DNA of 64,000 bases, taken from the NCBI GenBank assembly GCA_951406725.2, contig OX597815.1, positions 133,610,001 to 133,674,000 on the forward strand, written 5' to 3'. This DNA comes from Octopus vulgaris (lineage: Eukaryota). Made by a program: the position numbers and the translations under genes. How positions within the stretch are numbered: the stretch's first letter is position 1; every line of letters begins with the position of its first letter. Shown piece by piece: positions 1-13,102 of this stretch. The notes under the pieces were generated by a model. The model did not search any database. It was not told the DNA's origin and saw nothing but the letters and a program-made list of their open reading frames with translations.

Positions 1-183
1 ACCTTAAAAATGCTGGTGCCATGGAAAAAAAGCACCCAGTGTACTCTAAAGTGGTTGGCATTAGGTAGGGCATCCAGCTATAGAAACCATGCTAAAGCCA
101 ATGCTGGAGCTTGACATAGTCTTCCAGCTTGGATTCTGTCCAATCCATGCCAGCATGGAAGACAGATGTTAAATAATGATGAT
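1..183 (+). mobile_element. Old RTE-type 3' tail / SINE remnant
   Basis: Degenerate GTGGTTGGCATTAGG..GGGCATCCAGC...CCATGCCAGCATGG...TTAAATAATGATGAT, homologous to the 3' end of the LINE at 25170-25337. Confidence 0.7.
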
Positions 184-849
184 ATCTTTCTCTTTTGTTT
201 GTCTATATTTTTTGTTTCATATAAAATCACCCAAAAGAAATTCTTCAATGATTTCTCATTCCATTTTAATATTTTTATAACCGAGTTTCTCAAAACAAAG
301 CTATAAAGGCTGTTAGGGTCCATTGAGTTTTAAATGGAGGCAAATATGAGTACTAAGATAGGTAAATGTTTATTGAAAAACAACAATTTTTACTGATCAG
401 GATTGGAACTTGTTAGATTAGTTCCAAGCAATGAAACTCCCTTGAATGAGAAATTGGATAGAATGTAGGTAATCAAAAGAGTGTAATGTAGTTAACATTT
501 TTCTTAAATTTTTCAGTTGATATATTAAAGGTAAAGAAATAAAAAAATAAATTTAAAAAAGCCCCCCCCCCCCCCCAACAATCTTGGACAGGAAGTTGGT
601 ACTAAATAGAATCAGTGTAATTGAAGGAACAGTTGGTTCAGTCTATTTGAACAAGGGGTCACAGAGATTATGCATCAGTGAATTTTTTAAGTTTAATACT
701 TTCCCTGCCATGAAAATCATGGCAGCTAATATACTATAAAATGAAATATTAGTTGTATATCTGAATAAAACATTTTTTTAACTAGGAGCACATTTTTTAT
801 GTGAGATTATTACCCCTTTGCTATATCCTTCAACCCCTAAATCTGTTAG

Positions 850-1070
850 TCATCATTATCATCATTATTTAACATCTGTTTTCTGTGTTGGAATGAGTTG
901 GACAGTTCCATCAAGTTCTGGCAAGCCACAGGGCTGTGTTGAGCTCCAGTGTCAGCTTTGCCATGGTTTCTATGGTTGGATGCCCTTCCTAATGTCAACC
1001 ACTTTACAGCTTGTGCCAGTTACTTTTCTCAAGCCCCCAGCACCAGTGAAGTTGCCAATTGACTTGCAAG
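850..1070 (-). mobile_element. Old RTE-type 3' tail / SINE remnant
   Basis: Reverse-complement copy of the same tail (catcatt...ggatgcccttcctaatgtcaaccac). Confidence 0.65.
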
Positions 1071-2740
1071 ACAAGAAAGAAAAATGAGGAAGAAAATCCC
1101 CTTCAACTAAGTGGGGGGAGGGTATTTGAGAGAAGAGAGGTGGCTTTATACCAGGGATTGAGAGGGACAAGTACAGGTTTCTTGCGATAGTGAAGATACA
1201 TGGCTACCTCACATTTTATAAGGGTAGGAGTAACTGGAAAGAAGAGATGGTAGGATGCCAGAGCAAATCCTTTAGGGTACATGATGAACACAAGAGAATG
1301 CCGACTGTAGATTGAGGAGAGGGTTTGGTTCAAAAGATTGTGTAGGGAGAGTGAGAGATGGTTGGAGATAAGAATAGAGGTGAATATAGCTAGTAATGAA
1401 CAAAGGTGGAGGTGTGGTTGATGGGAAATGCCATTGTGGAGAGAGAAGGGGTAAAGATGGGATAGACACAAGTGGCTCAGGAAGGAAGCTAGGTCAGAAG
1501 GTCGTTATAATTTAAAGATGAGGCATAACAGTTGTCGCCATGCAAATCAAATTAATGACTCACATGAATATATTAGTCATTGATTTAAAGCAGTGTTTTT
1601 CAATAAATGTTTTGCAGTATTTCCAGGTGTTAGCAATGTTTCTAATGTTGCTGCAAGATAATTAAGTTTACAACTACCATTAACTATTTTGTGATAATAT
1701 TTCCAGTGAAATACACTACTTATGTGTTTTAACTAATATTGAAATTAATCAATATTAATCTGGTGTTTAGAACTTAACACTGGATTCTGACTTAAAATTG
1801 TCATGGAAGATTTTAATTTGAATGTAACTACTGAAAAATGTTGTGTGTAAAGAAAAATCAGAAGAGTTTTAGGAGTATACATAGAACTTGTCCTTATTTT
1901 TGATTTTATATTAAGTGACCTCATCCAATCAGTATGCATAAATTGAGGGAAATATCTGAAGTATTGATGGATCTGGGTTATTTGGTGGTAACTAACTCTT
2001 CATTGAATCTAATTTTAGGTGAATCTTTTACCACTAATTTTTGTATAGGTCATCTGTGTATTAGAATCATTCCTTGCAGTTGGCTTTTTCTAGCCCTTTT
2101 TTAAAGTATTAAATGGTTGAGAGTTCACTTTCACTACCCCTAGGATGTGGGTTTCTTTTTCCCATAAAAGGATTTGATGGCAAAAAGAAACAAGCTAACA
2201 AAGCACCAATACAGTGATCCAGCTTCCTGTAGTATAAACTACATTTCTCTTGTTAACTAAATGGACTGGGCCATCCACAGTTAAATGTTTTGTCACAGAA
2301 ACAACATATTATTAAAGACTGGATACAAATACTTGACCCATGCCAGTGCCCTTATCATTCTAGCACAATAGTGATGAGAAGAAAAGGGACCACACATACA
2401 ACTTTTTGTCAAACAAGCAAACTCCTTGTCCTCATCACCATTGTAACTTGTCAGGCAGTAGCGTTGTATTGAAAAGACCTCTAGGCTCCCTTGAAATCAC
2501 TAAGATTTCAGCTGATGGAAAGCAATGCACTGCTGCAACTTCAATCTATTACATCATCATTTAACATTCTGTTCTATACTAGCATGAATTGGGTGGTTTG
2601 ATAGGATCCGAAAGGTCCAAGGATTGCATTATACTCCACTGTCTACTTTGGCATGGTATCTATATCTATAGCTGGATGCTCTACAGCTCATTGATATGCC
2701 GTGAAATGTATCTTGGTGCACTGCAAAAATAATGAAATTA

Positions 2741-4265
2741 TGAGGGTGGGCTGAAAAGTTCATAGGCTGACTTTGAAGGAGTGATTCTGGAGCTGTTAAA
2801 TCTTGCATGCATGAATTTCAACTCATCTTATTAATAATAGCATTGTTACTCTCCAGGTAAACTGACATCTGACTGTTCAAAGAAGACTTCAAAAGTATCT
2901 AGCAGCAACTCATCTTGAAAACGGACACAATTTGGCATCATGGTGTTATCAAGTACCTGTAGAAAAATAGTTTAGCCCCTTAAGACATTCATACTGACAC
3001 GGTTGCTACATTAGGCGGCGAGCTGGCAGAAACGTTAGCACACCGGGCGAAATGCTTAGCAGTATTTCGTCTGCGTTACGTTGTGAGTTCAAATTACGCC
3101 AAGGTCGACTTTGCCTTTCATCCTTACGGGGTCGATAAATTAAGTACCAGTTACACACTGGGGTCGATGTAATTGACTTAATACCTATGTCTGTCCTTGT
3201 TTGTCCCCTCTGTGTTTAGCCCCTTGTGGGTAATAAAGAAATAGGTTGCTACATTAGGGGATTATGCTCCAGTTTTATCAACAGTGCTAAAGTGGGCAGC
3301 TGAATTTTGGAGGGTAAAGGAGAGTTTTGAAGATTACCCAAGGTGTGGACATCCTGCAACTGCTACCACCGAGGAAAACATTGATCATGTTCACCACATG
3401 GTGATGGATGACAGGCAACTGATCAAGTAGCCAATGCTATTAGTATATACCGTGAGTGAGTTGAGAATATTCTGCACAATGAACTTGGCATGACAAAGGC
3501 TTCGGGTGCTACATCTTCTGACATTTGATTAAAAGTGCTCCAGCCTGATTATATCACAGGAACGTCTGAAATTGTTTGAGGCAGATCCAGCTGGTTTCCT
3601 TGAATGTATCCTAACACAGGATAAGTGTTGGGTTCATCACCTTGAGCAAAATCAAAAAGACCATGGATGCAGTAGAAACAGCTCTCCTCACCTGCTCCAA
3701 AGGTCAAGGTCACTTCATCTACAGGGAAGGTAATGGACTCAGTTGTTTGGGATGCAAGAGGCTTTGTGTTTATTATCTTCAAAGGGGCCATGCCATGCCA
3801 TCGAAGGAGAGTATTGTGCCAAGTTGCTGTGGCAGTTATGAAAAGCTTTCAAGACCAGATGCCCAGGGAAACTGATGAAAGGGGTCGTTTCATTAGGACA
3901 ACGCTCCAGCACAAAGGCTCTTGGTTTCAATGGCTGCTGTGCATGACTGTAGCTTTGAATAGGTTGATTGCCCTCCCTATTCTCCTGATTTGACCCCCAT
4001 CTGACTATCATCTGTTTTTTGACATGAAAAAACGCTTGGCTGGGAACCGTTATTGTAGTGATAATGACATCATATTTGTTGTTGATGACTTTTTTTGACT
4101 AACAACATGAAAACCTCTTCACCAATGGGATCCAAGCACTGCAACACCAATGGAAGAAGTGTGTGGAGCACAGGGTTGCGGGGACTATGTTGAAAAATAA
4201 ACTTAATTTCGTCATATTCTATGAGAGTATCTTGGTCAGCCTATAAACTTTTCAATCGACCTTTA
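2741..4265 (+). mobile_element. Full-length decayed mariner (D,D34D) DNA transposon
   Basis: 31-bp TIRs (TGAGGGTGGGCTGAAAAGTTCATAGGCTGAC; 25/31 match to the right end) with TA flanks. About 1.28 kb once the nested SINE is removed. Frameshifted transposase at 2921-4200 with remnants of WVHH, VFWDA, QDNAPAH, YSPDL-like, SDYHLF and GDYVEK* motifs. Confidence 0.9.
3014..3243 (+). mobile_element. tRNA-derived SINE (family A, GGCGGCGAGCTGGCAG head; MetaSINE-like core) nested in the mariner
   Basis: A/B-box-like head, core GTCGACTTTGCCTTTCATCC...GATAAATTAAGTACCAG, perfect 13-bp TSD GGTTGCTACATTA (3001-3013 / 3244-3256). Confidence 0.9.
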
Positions 4266-4977
4266 TATATTGAAAAGATGGAGAAAATGCAAACTGAATT
4301 CTTATGGTTTGTTTATTTACTAAAGTAATAAACAAGTTTAGGTTAAATCATTTATATTCATAGGCTAAAACATGTAAATACATCTTGTAATGCAATTTTT
4401 TTCCTTTATTTTATGCCAAATTATCCCCAAATATTTTTTATCTGCTATAAAGTGCACTGAATATAAAAGTACAGTTTGATTATCACTTATCAAGAATTAT
4501 AAAATATCAATGGAAAAACTATTAAAGAATTAAAAAAAAAAAGGGAAATTGATCAACATGTCAATTATCACCACCATTGATTACACATCACTTTTCCATG
4601 CTTGAATGAGTCTAATGGAATTCATTGAGGCAGATCTTCTGTGGTTGGATGCCCTTCCTGTTGCCAACCCTTACCTGTTTCCAAGTAAGGTAATATTTCC
4701 CCATGACTGTATATGTTTTCTCTGAAGACTGGAAATACTCGATTTTTTTTTATGAGCATGACAGTAACGTCAAGATGAAACACAAATTTGCGCTGTATAT
4801 AAAACTAGCTTGTTTCAGCTTCTGTCTACCAAATCCACTGATGAGATTATGTTGACTTGGAGTTACAGTAGAAGTCACTTGCCTAAGTTACCATGCAGTG
4901 AGATTGAACTTAAATAAATCATAATTTGAGAATTAATTAATGTGTCAATTTGATTTCTTTATTTTTTTTTCTTGTAG

Positions 4978-5515
4978 CCCATCTGATCTCGATGCTGACT
5001 TGGAAGATAATCAAGATTATGATAGTGCAGTTAGCCAATCAGAAACTAACCTAACTCTGATTGGTCAATCAGAGCCAGCATCATCAGGTGCTAAGACAAG
5101 TTATAAGCCCTACAGAAGTTCCCGAAGTCCTTACTCTCCACCCAGTTCTAGTTTCCGAGTATTGGGGAGTGACCAAGAATCTAAAACTCCTACTTGCTCC
5201 AACTCTTCTTCATCCTCTTCTTCTGTGATGTCCCGCTACAAAGAGATTGAATCTGGCAAGATTCCCCGTGAGCCTACATTACAGTCCCAGATAAAAAAAA
5301 GAGACCTGCATCATTGTCCAGATAGTGAGTACCAGCATCCAGTTTCAAGTCAGTCCTCCCAAGTGCAGGACAGTTGGCAGTCACAGTCTACTTATAACCA
5401 AAGCCATCTGCCATCTCTGAAAGAAAATCCAAACTACAATGTGAAATCATACAAAGAAAACTGGTGCCAAGGTTCCCAACAGCAACAATCACAAGAAGAA
5501 TGTTCATTAGATAAG
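4978..5515 (+). CDS. PAWR: PAWR/Par-4-like gene, internal coding exon (Ser/Gln-rich region); upstream exons lie outside the window or were not recognised
   Basis: Polypyrimidine tract + TAG acceptor (ttttttttcttgtag), open frame PSDLDADLEDNQDYD...CSLDK, donor AAG|GTATG in phase 0, which joins in frame to the exon at 12998. Confidence 0.75.
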
Positions 5516-7889
5516 GTATGATTTTTTTTTCTTTTAATAAAAATTATATTTTGTTTGTTTGATTCTCTGTGTTGTCATTGTCATCACCAATCTATTGCTG
5601 CTGCCATGACTTTAACGTCCACCTTTCCAGGTTTACATGGATCAGACAGAAGTCATTGAAGCAGATGTTTTTCAGTGGTTAATTCCCTTTCTGTTGCTCA
5701 CCTTTATTTACTTCCAACGAAGTAACATTTCCCCATAACCAGACATGTTTCTATGGAAGATTGGAAATGAATGACACTGCTTGTTTGATGGTGATATTTA
5801 TTCATAACTATTACACAATGTCAGACAAAGAGGTACAACCACACACATATACATACACATATATATGACCAGTGTCTTTCAGTTTCTGTCTATCAAGTCC
5901 ACTCAAAGCTTTGGCCAGCTTGAAGAATAAGACACTTGCCTATGTTGCCACAAAATGGAACTGAGCCTGAAACTATATGACTGAAAAGCAAACTTCCAAA
6001 CCACACATCTCTGTCTATGTGTCTATTCTAAATGATTAGCAATAGTATGCTTCAGTAACTGAAATATGATGATATAGTAAACATTATAGTAATGTAAAAC
6101 TAAACAGTGTTTCACAAAATAATGCCATATATTTAAATGACTGTCTATACAGAGTGTATTAATAGTATAGAAAATGCAGAATGGTTTTAGAACAGATGTT
6201 TAACTAGTTTGAAAAATTCTAAGCATAATAGTACTAAAATAAGAACCAAGCAACACTGGTTATGTGCTGCTAATTAACTGTTTCTCTTTTGCATAGTATC
6301 CACATCGGTTGCTGAAGCCACTAAGGTAGGCAGTAACAGCTTAAAACAACAATTACCTTTTATGTATGTGTATATAAGATATATTACAAATATTTGTAAT
6401 TTATGAGATGGTTTTTGACACGTACAGCTTAATCTTAAATTACCTCTTTGTAATAAGTTACAAAAGACCTATAACCATCATCATTTTCATCAGCCTTTCT
6501 TTCCCTGCTGCCATGGGTTAGATGGGTTGTCTCATTTAAGTCCATTTTTATTCACTGTTGTAAAGGTGCCTGGCTTGGTTGTTAGGATGTTGCACTCACA
6601 ATCACAAGATCATGGTTTTGATTCCAGGACCAGGTGAAGCATCGTGTTCTTCATTTAAAAAAAACTTCATTTCACATTACTCCAATCCACTTGTCTGTAA
6701 ACGAGTAACCCTGTGATGAACTGGCATTGCATTCAGAGGGAATGTTATGATTTTGGTCACTTGTACACCACAGAAACCAGGTAGCTGGCCCTATGAGACC
6801 TAGAACTTGAGACAGCCATGCCCAGGTGTTGATGATGATGGTGGCGGTGGTAGCAGCAGTGGTGTCATCACCATCGTCCTAAATGAATCAGAAAAGTGTA
6901 TTTCACTCAGATGTTTCAGTCTTGTCACTTGTAGAAACCATGCCAAAACTGAACCTCTGAGCAAGATGAGTCTCCAACTCATTTAGGAAGGCAGTAACTC
7001 TAAATAGGAACTGATTTGATAAGATAATTCCTACAACCCATGCAAGTATGGGAAAAAGATATGTAAAGCTAAAATGATATTGGTGATGATTATGGTGATT
7101 AGAGGTTATTGTAATAAACAAAAAATAGCTAATTTAAGACTAGATGATTGCAGGGTTTTATAATAAATTGCAAATAGGTAATTAAATTTAAGACTAAGTT
7201 GTGAATGTCAGTGACCTGGTCATAAATCTTCAAAATATTTAGATACTTAATAGTATATAAAATCTTTTACAAAATACTAATTAAAAAAAGTGAATACAAC
7301 AATGTGTGTGTGTGTGTGCATTTAATGACAGTAATGACACTGCTACAGTTGTTTCAGTGTCAAGGCAAACTCTGATCAAATCTCTTATTAAATAAATGCA
7401 ACACAAGTATTTTATGACTTCAATATATCTAGCATATCCTGAGTGTACAGATTTTCTTGTTACAAATATTTATTATATGACCTCAGGGAGGGGGAAAAAT
7501 CCTATGTAATCACTGAAGTTGCTAGAAATAGCAACCAAGTATCCCTTGTGTCACAACCTACTGAATTGAAGATGGATGGACACATCATATAATATATTTT
7601 TTATATATTAATACATTGTATCTATTTGATCAGAGTTGACCTGGGGGAATAAACCACAACAAGGAGATGCAAGCATCCCCTGCATTATAGAAGTACTATG
7701 TTCTTGAAAATCTTGTTATGACACAAATCTATTTTCTCACTGACTTCAAGGTTATGGCATGACTTCTATTCTGCAAGACTTTATTCTTCCTACAGGTTGG
7801 ATATACTGTTAATACTACTATAATAACTGAAAATCTTCGGAATATTGTTTGAAGTTATGTAAATATCCTGTGAATATTTAGAGTTCTAT

Positions 7890-8273
7890 GTGGAGGTGCA
7901 ATGGCCCAGTGATACGGGCAGCGGACTCACGATTGTAGGATCGCGGTTTCGATTCCCAGACTGGGCGTTGTGAGTGTTTATTGAGCGAAAATACCTAAAG
8001 CTCCACGAGGCTCCGGCAGGGGGTGGTAGCGAACCCTGCTGTACTCTTTCACCACAACTTTCTCTCATTCTTTCTTTCTGTTTCTGTTGTATCTGTATTT
8101 CAAAGGGCCAGCCTTGTCACACTCTGTGCCATGCTGAATCTCCCCGAGAACAACGTTAAGGGTACGCGTGTCTGTGGAGTGCTCAACCACTTGCACATTA
8201 ATTTCACGAGCAGGCTGTTCCGTTGATCGGATCAGCTGGAATCCTTGTTGTCGTAACCGACAGAGTGCCAACA
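7890..8273 (+). mobile_element. tRNA(Arg)-like SINE (family B1; probably an octopus OR-type SINE)
   Basis: A box TGGCCCAGTG, B box GGTTTCGATTCC; 14-bp TSD ATTTAGAGTTCTAT (7876-7889 / 8274-8287); close paralogue at 58190-58573. Confidence 0.88.
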
Positions 8274-9564
8274 ATTTAGAGTTCTATCAAATCTACATTT
8301 TTATATAAAAGACTTACTATTTACTAAGTGTTGTTTAAAAGGTATTTCACAAGAGAATTCCTTGATTTAAGTACTAATCAGCTGTCCGCCCACTGACTGT
8401 CAGAAATGCAATTATTCATAAACAAGAATAGTATTGACAGTGACTTTGAAGATTTGGCCTGCTTCGCCTTCATTGGACTATCATTATCATCATCATCATT
8501 GTTGTACATCTGTTTTTCTGGTATGGGTTGGATGATCTATTCTATTGCAGAGTCACACCATTTATTGTGACCCTTTTATCATCAAGATAAATATTTTAAA
8601 AAACCCCAAAAAACCCACCAGTCCTTGTTGTTTCATGTCATCTTTTTTTGGTGTGTTTTTTAATGGCTGGTTGCTCTTCTTGTTGCTACATTATTCATAC
8701 CCAACTAGGAAGGGCAATAACTTTGAATAAGAAGAGACTCAGACAGTGATGACCCATCCAACCCATGCTAGAAAGGAAAAGTGGATATAAAATGATAATA
8801 ATGATGTTGACATCAACAATGAACATCGTTTTGTTATCTTGATAGATGAGTTGTAGTGATAGAACAGGTTAGAAAAAGATAGAAAACCCACTTGCTGGTG
8901 GAAGACAGAATTATTTTATGGTTTAGTTAGAGAATAGGGAAAAAAAATCCCCTCACATGTGAAAGGATAAGTTATTATTGGACACTGAAATGCATTGACA
9001 ATGAACTGTTTAAGAAATTCATCTTCACAACCAAGTGGTCTTCAGTTTGATTGAACTGCACAACACCTTAGGCAAGTGTCTTCTACTATACCTTTATGCC
9101 AACAAATGTCTTAGGAGTGGAAGTTGTTAGATGTGTGGAAACCTGACTGTGTCTATGTATCTTTCAGACATGTGTTAGATTATAAATATTCTATTAGTCG
9201 TCTCAGTCATTGGACTGTGACCATGCTTGGATGCTACCTTGAAGGGTTTAATTGAACAAATCAACCCTGGTACTTATTCTGTTGGTCTCTTTTGCTGAAC
9301 TGCTAAGTTATGGGTATGTAAACAAACCAAAACAAGTTAATAAACAATGCTGGGAGAAGACAAACATAAACACAAAGATACATACAAACACACACACAGA
9401 TTCACTTACAAGGCTTTGGTTGGGTTGGGGGCTATAGTAGAAGACACTGAACATGAAACCATGTGATTGCAAAGCAAGCCTTCTTCACCACACAGCCATA
9501 CCTGTACCTATATTGTTGAAGAAACTAAAAATCTGGTTCACACATATACTTTTGTAATCAACAT

Positions 9565-9953
9565 AAATGGAAATTGTAGCTGTGATACCAGTGCCGGTGG
9601 CACGTAAGAGAACCATCTGAACGTGGCTGTTGCCAGCCCCGCCCCAACTGGCCTCCGTGCTGGTGGCACGTAAAAAGCACCGTCCGATTGTGGCTGTTGC
9701 CAGCCTCATCTGGCCTCTGTGCCAGTGGCACGTAAAAAGCACCATCCGATCGTGGCCGTTTGCCAGCCTTGTCTGGCACGTAAAAAGCACCCACTACACT
9801 CACGGAGTGGTTGGCGTTAGGAAGGGCATCCAGCTGTAGAAACACTGCCAGATCAGACTGGGCCTGGTGCAGCCTTCTGGCTTCCCAGACCCCAGTTGAA
9901 CTGTCCAACCCATGCTAGCATGGAAAGCGGACGTTAAACGATGATGATGATGA
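9565..9953 (+). mobile_element. RTE LINE 3' UTR fragment with 4 tandem structured modules and (GAT)n tail
   Basis: Four GGCACGTAAAAAGCACC-type modules, then the same terminal ~170 nt as the LINE at 25170-25337. Confidence 0.85.
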
Positions 9954-11840
9954 CTACAGGCTTCTTTTTAGTTTCTGTCTACAAAATTCCACTCACAGGG
10001 TTTTCAGTAGCCTGTGGCTATACTGGAAGACACTTGCTCAAGGTGCCATGCTGTGAGACTGAACCAAAGACCACATGGTCATGAAGCAGTCTTCTTAACC
10101 ACACAGTCTTGTTTGTACTTATCCACACCTGCACAATACAAAATTAAAATAAATAACCACAAATAATGCATTATGTAAAGATAAGGCTAAAATTTATAAA
10201 TTCTGTGCAATGTGTTTTGTGAAATTCAATATTACAAACATTGATATGAGACAGAAAAGTGAAATTATAGAATCCTGGTATGCCCCAACACAATATGCCT
10301 CTTTGTCTAGTCACATTAAATTAGTGGATTAGAGTGTTATATCCTTATAATAATGCATTTAATTAAATACTTGGGAGAAGGATCCTTGTGCTTCAAGGGT
10401 ATGGCAGGTGTGTACCATGAACATGTAATTAATATATTGGCAGAGGTTAAAAGAGACAACAACAATATGTATTCAAGTCCAAACACAATAGTGAAAAGTA
10501 AGGACTAGATATGATGCCTATTTATAGTTATGGCTTTCATCCCTCTTTCACTTTACAAACAACTACTACACTGCAAAGAAGTTTCACAAATTAGCAAAGT
10601 ACAATGAGTTGAAGATATAAATAACAAAACTGTTGCAACATTTAAAAAAAAAAAAAACAAGACAAGAACCAACAATTCCTGTAGTGGTTATTGTGCTTGG
10701 GTTAATGAGAAAACGTGCCGACCAGTCTGTCAAATAGCTGGCAACAAGTTGCATGAAATACAAAACATTTTTCCTTAACTGCACTGCTCATTATACTTTT
10801 CAGAGAGGATTGTCTTCATGAAAGACCTTGTACATTATATATTTTCTTAAATGTTGTATTGTATTTTTGTCTTGTCTACTTTTAGTTGTTTTTTTAGTTA
10901 ATTATTTATGTGTGTGTGGTTTGTGTGTAGCATGTATATTATGTAACATTGTAAGTTAATCCATCAGCCAAGATAGTACCGTCATACTTAATGAGGAAAA
11001 AGAAAAAAAATGAATTAATTAATGAAAGTCAGGTGTACACAGCTGAGGCAGTATTTAATTAAAATAGCTATATATCATACATACTGTGTATACAATGTTG
11101 ATAGGCCAGTTGCTGCAGTATTTGTACTGAGATAACATCACTTACGGACTTGTTTTCAAAACGTGATAAATACCAGAGAGAGATACAGAAATTACACCCA
11201 GCACCAGATTCATTTTAGGCTCACTGAGCTTTTGCAGTGGTGCATACTTGCAGCCAGCCACATGCTTGGACAAAAATTCATGATCTCTGCTATAGGGAAA
11301 AATGAATAAAACATTCACTTATGTTACGAAAAGGCCCCAAAATGCATCTGGCTTCACACTGGCTGCTGCTGCAGCTGGTATGAATTTTTTTGTCTCACTT
11401 TCTCTGATGTTTATTGCATTTTTAGCACAAAATGTTCATAAGATATGTTATCTTAAGACAAATATGGCAATAACTGGCTATCAGCTGTGTATACATTAAG
11501 TATGATACACAGATGGCTATTTTAATTAATAAAAGTTATGTAATGAAGACGGCAAAATATTAGCACAATATGATGGTGCTAACTTTACTGTTGTTCATTT
11601 GTGTGCAAATGGTGTCTCTAATTTTCCTCAGTAACTTAGGATAACTTTTGATGCTTATTTTTGTTCGTTATTGTACACCAGTATAGTGATTCTTTAACTT
11701 GTTAGGCTGAATTTGCTTCCCCAAGAAAGTGTGATAAACATGGAAACATGCCTAGTGTTGTCTCCTCTTGTCAAAATCAGATGTTATCAGTATTAGTCAT
11801 TGAGCAACTTTATAATTCTCCTCACTACATAGTTTTATTA

Positions 11841-12140
11841 AACGTAACATCACCCTTTTCAAGCCTAGCCAGGCTCATGGGCCCGGTTTCCCAGTTTCTG
11901 TGGCGTATGTGTTCCCCCCAGCTGGATGGGATGCCAGTCCATCACAGTGTTACTCAAGAAACAAGAGAGAGTGAGAGATAGTTGTAGAGAAAGAGTACAA
12001 CAAGGGTCACCACCAGAGCCTCGTGGAGCTTTTAGGTGTTTTCACTCAATAAATACACACAACAACTGGTCTGGGAATCGAAACCGTGATCCTCCGACCG
12101 CGAGTCCGCTGCCCTAACCACTGGGCCATTGCGCCTCCAC
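11841..12140 (-). mobile_element. tRNA(Arg)-like SINE, family B2 (same head as B1, different 3' half)
   Basis: Head GTGGAGGCGCAATGGCCCAGTGGTTAGGGCAGCGGACTCG on the minus strand; 13-bp TSD CATAGTTTTATTA (11828-11840 / 12141-12153). Confidence 0.88.
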
Positions 12141-12579
12141 CATAGTTTTATTAGATGGTTTGAAATTTTTTTTTCCTTCCTAAATAATGTATGACAGCAC
12201 TAACTTCACTTATTTTGTGAAGTTAGTGCTGAGTCATTTCTCTTGGTTATGTCTTCACTTGTTACTAGATGGTAACACTGGAAATGATGGATATAGATAA
12301 TGAATTAAAGTGAAAAAATATATATATAATAATGATCATCATTGTTTTAACTTCTACTTTCCCATACTTTCATGGGTTGGATGAAATTTATTGAAGTAGA
12401 TTTTCTATTACTAGACACCCTACTTATTGTCAACCTTCATTTTTTTCTTAGTAAGATATTTATTTCCCCATGACCAGACATGTTTTTGCAGAATATTGGA
12501 AATTTATGACATTTTGTGTGACAGTCTTGTTAACAACTAGTACAATGTCAAGACTAGATGACACAAACATATTATATAT

Positions 12580-12800
12580 GTGAACTAGCAGAATCATTAG
12601 TATGCTGGGCGAAATGCTTAGTGGTCTTTCGTCTGCTGCTACGTTCTGAGTTCAAATTCCACCGAGGTCGACTTTGCCTTTCATCCTTTTGGGGTTGATA
12701 AATTAAGTACCAGTTACGCACTGGGGTTAATATAATCGACTTAATCCGTTTGTCTGTCCTTGTTTGTCACCTGTATGTTTAGCCCCTTATAAGGCAATAT
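12580..12800 (+). mobile_element. SINE family A copy
   Basis: Matches 3014-3243 over most of its length. Confidence 0.8.
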
Positions 12801-12997
12801 AACAAACATATATATATATAATGGGCTTCTTTCAGTTTCTCACTTCCCCAAGGTGCCATACAGTGGGACTGAACCAGAATCCATGTGGTTGGGAAGCAAA
12901 CTTCTTAACTACACAGTCTTGCCTGCACCTATTTATAATGATAATAGTAACAATAGGAAAATAAATGATAAAAATCACTTTTTATTTTTGTTTTCAG

Positions 12998-13102
12998 CTC
13001 CTCAACCGAGAGCGTGAAGAGAACCGACGCCTTATAAAATTACTTGATGACAAAGATCGACGGATTGCTGAGTTAGAAAAAGAAATAGCACTTCTGAACA
13101 AG
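12998..13102 (+). CDS. PAWR: PAWR/Par-4-like gene, penultimate exon (coiled coil)
   Basis: ttttgttttcag acceptor, AAG|GTAAG donor, 105 nt phase 0/0. Encodes LLNREREENRRLIKLLDDKDRRIAELEKEIALLNK, which aligns with vertebrate Par-4 EVVRERQENLRLVRLMQDKEEMIGKLKEEIDLLNR (recalled from memory). Confidence 0.88.

Noticed and set aside
562-576. C15 run (and G13 run at ~42618) as functional G-quadruplexes
   Set aside because: Simple homopolymers with no supporting context.
4940-4977. ATG start of the 193-aa ORF (MCQFDFFIFFSC)
   Set aside because: This is the intron polypyrimidine tract; the exon starts at 4978.
7890-7962. tRNA gene candidates at SINE heads
   Set aside because: They continue into SINE bodies with TSDs and lack an acceptor stem and terminator.
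9590-9792. Resemblance of CCAGCCTCGCCTGGC in the modules to the HDV ribozyme P3/L3
   Set aside because: I could not build P1, P1.1, P4 and J4/2 in the right order.
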